Origin: Nitrosopumilaceae archaeon
Lineage (GTDB): Archaea; Thermoproteota; Nitrososphaeria; Nitrososphaerales; Nitrosopumilaceae
NCBI GenBank assembly: GCA_965200155.1
Contig: CBDATR010000024.1
Span: forward strand, 448,673 to 512,672
Length of the DNA: 64,000 bases
Reading direction: 5' to 3'
Below are positions 63,486 to 64,000 of this stretch, piece after piece (within the stretch, counting starts at the first letter, position 1; each line of letters opens with the position of its first letter). The translations under genes were made by a program, and so were the position numbers. Under the pieces are notes generated by a model. That model was not told where the DNA came from. It ran no database searches and was given only the letters and a program-made list of their open reading frames with translations.

Positions 63486-64000
63486 CTATTTTGCTTGTGG
63501 CAACGCCTCTTTTGCGCTGTCTTACTATTGATTTCTCTGTTATTCTCTTTACCATCTGGCTTGTGCAATCTGAACTACTGTACGCCGGATCCTAAGCGGA
63601 CTTACTTTTCATACTATTGAATTGTTGGGTGCGATTCATTATACTAGTATATAAGATCGAAGTTTTTAACTTTTATCTTGCTTCAAAGTACCATATTTAG
63701 CTGCACACAATACCATATTGACATGCCAAATTAACCACCCCCTTGGGGGCGCGCAAATAAGCCTGTGATAATTGTGATATTTTGATCAAATTAGTCGCCC
63801 AAAGACTTATGGTGGCCGCTATATGTGAGACGCCATGATAAAAAGCAAGATCGGACATGTTAGCGGTGTGTTTGAACAGTTGCCCGGGGGTGACCTAAAC
63901 GGCTACCTCATGACATGCGTGAACATTTTTAGATAGTATGAAAAATGTAATCTGCAATGGAAAATCTAAGTGTAGCACAATGGCAATCGGAGGTAATTGA

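Noticed and set aside
63631-63643. 13-nt match (gcgattcattata) to the spacer at 52354-52389
   Set aside because: Too short, with mismatched flanks; plausible by chance. No full protospacer was seen in the window.

Overview
Chromosomal window of an ammonia-oxidising archaeon (Nitrososphaerota, Nitrosopumilaceae/Cenarchaeum-like; inferred from tgtA, TBP, Nep1, KEOPS and thrombospondin type-3 repeat genes). Core genes (guaA, mptE/folP, ileS, nrdJ, ychF/kae1/bud32/rdgB, tRNA-Gly, tRNA-Lys) are interleaved with a heavy load of mobile DNA: IS66 (ISBst12-like) copies, about 23 copies of a 92-bp IS66-derived MITE, IS481, IS5/ISL2-like elements, and an IS1595-ended cassette carrying a split Type ISP restriction-modification gene. 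The most striking signal is CRISPR-like mini-arrays (36-bp repeat, 36-37-bp unique spacers, polarised growth) written in-frame inside the IS66 transposase gene. A second 36-bp duplication plus 36-bp insert sits inside an IS481, and no cas genes are visible in the window. Also seen: recurrent 12-15-bp palindromic replacement scars, MITE-bounded composite transposons, and rearrangements recorded by displaced target-site duplications. All calls were made by eye; no database searches were run.
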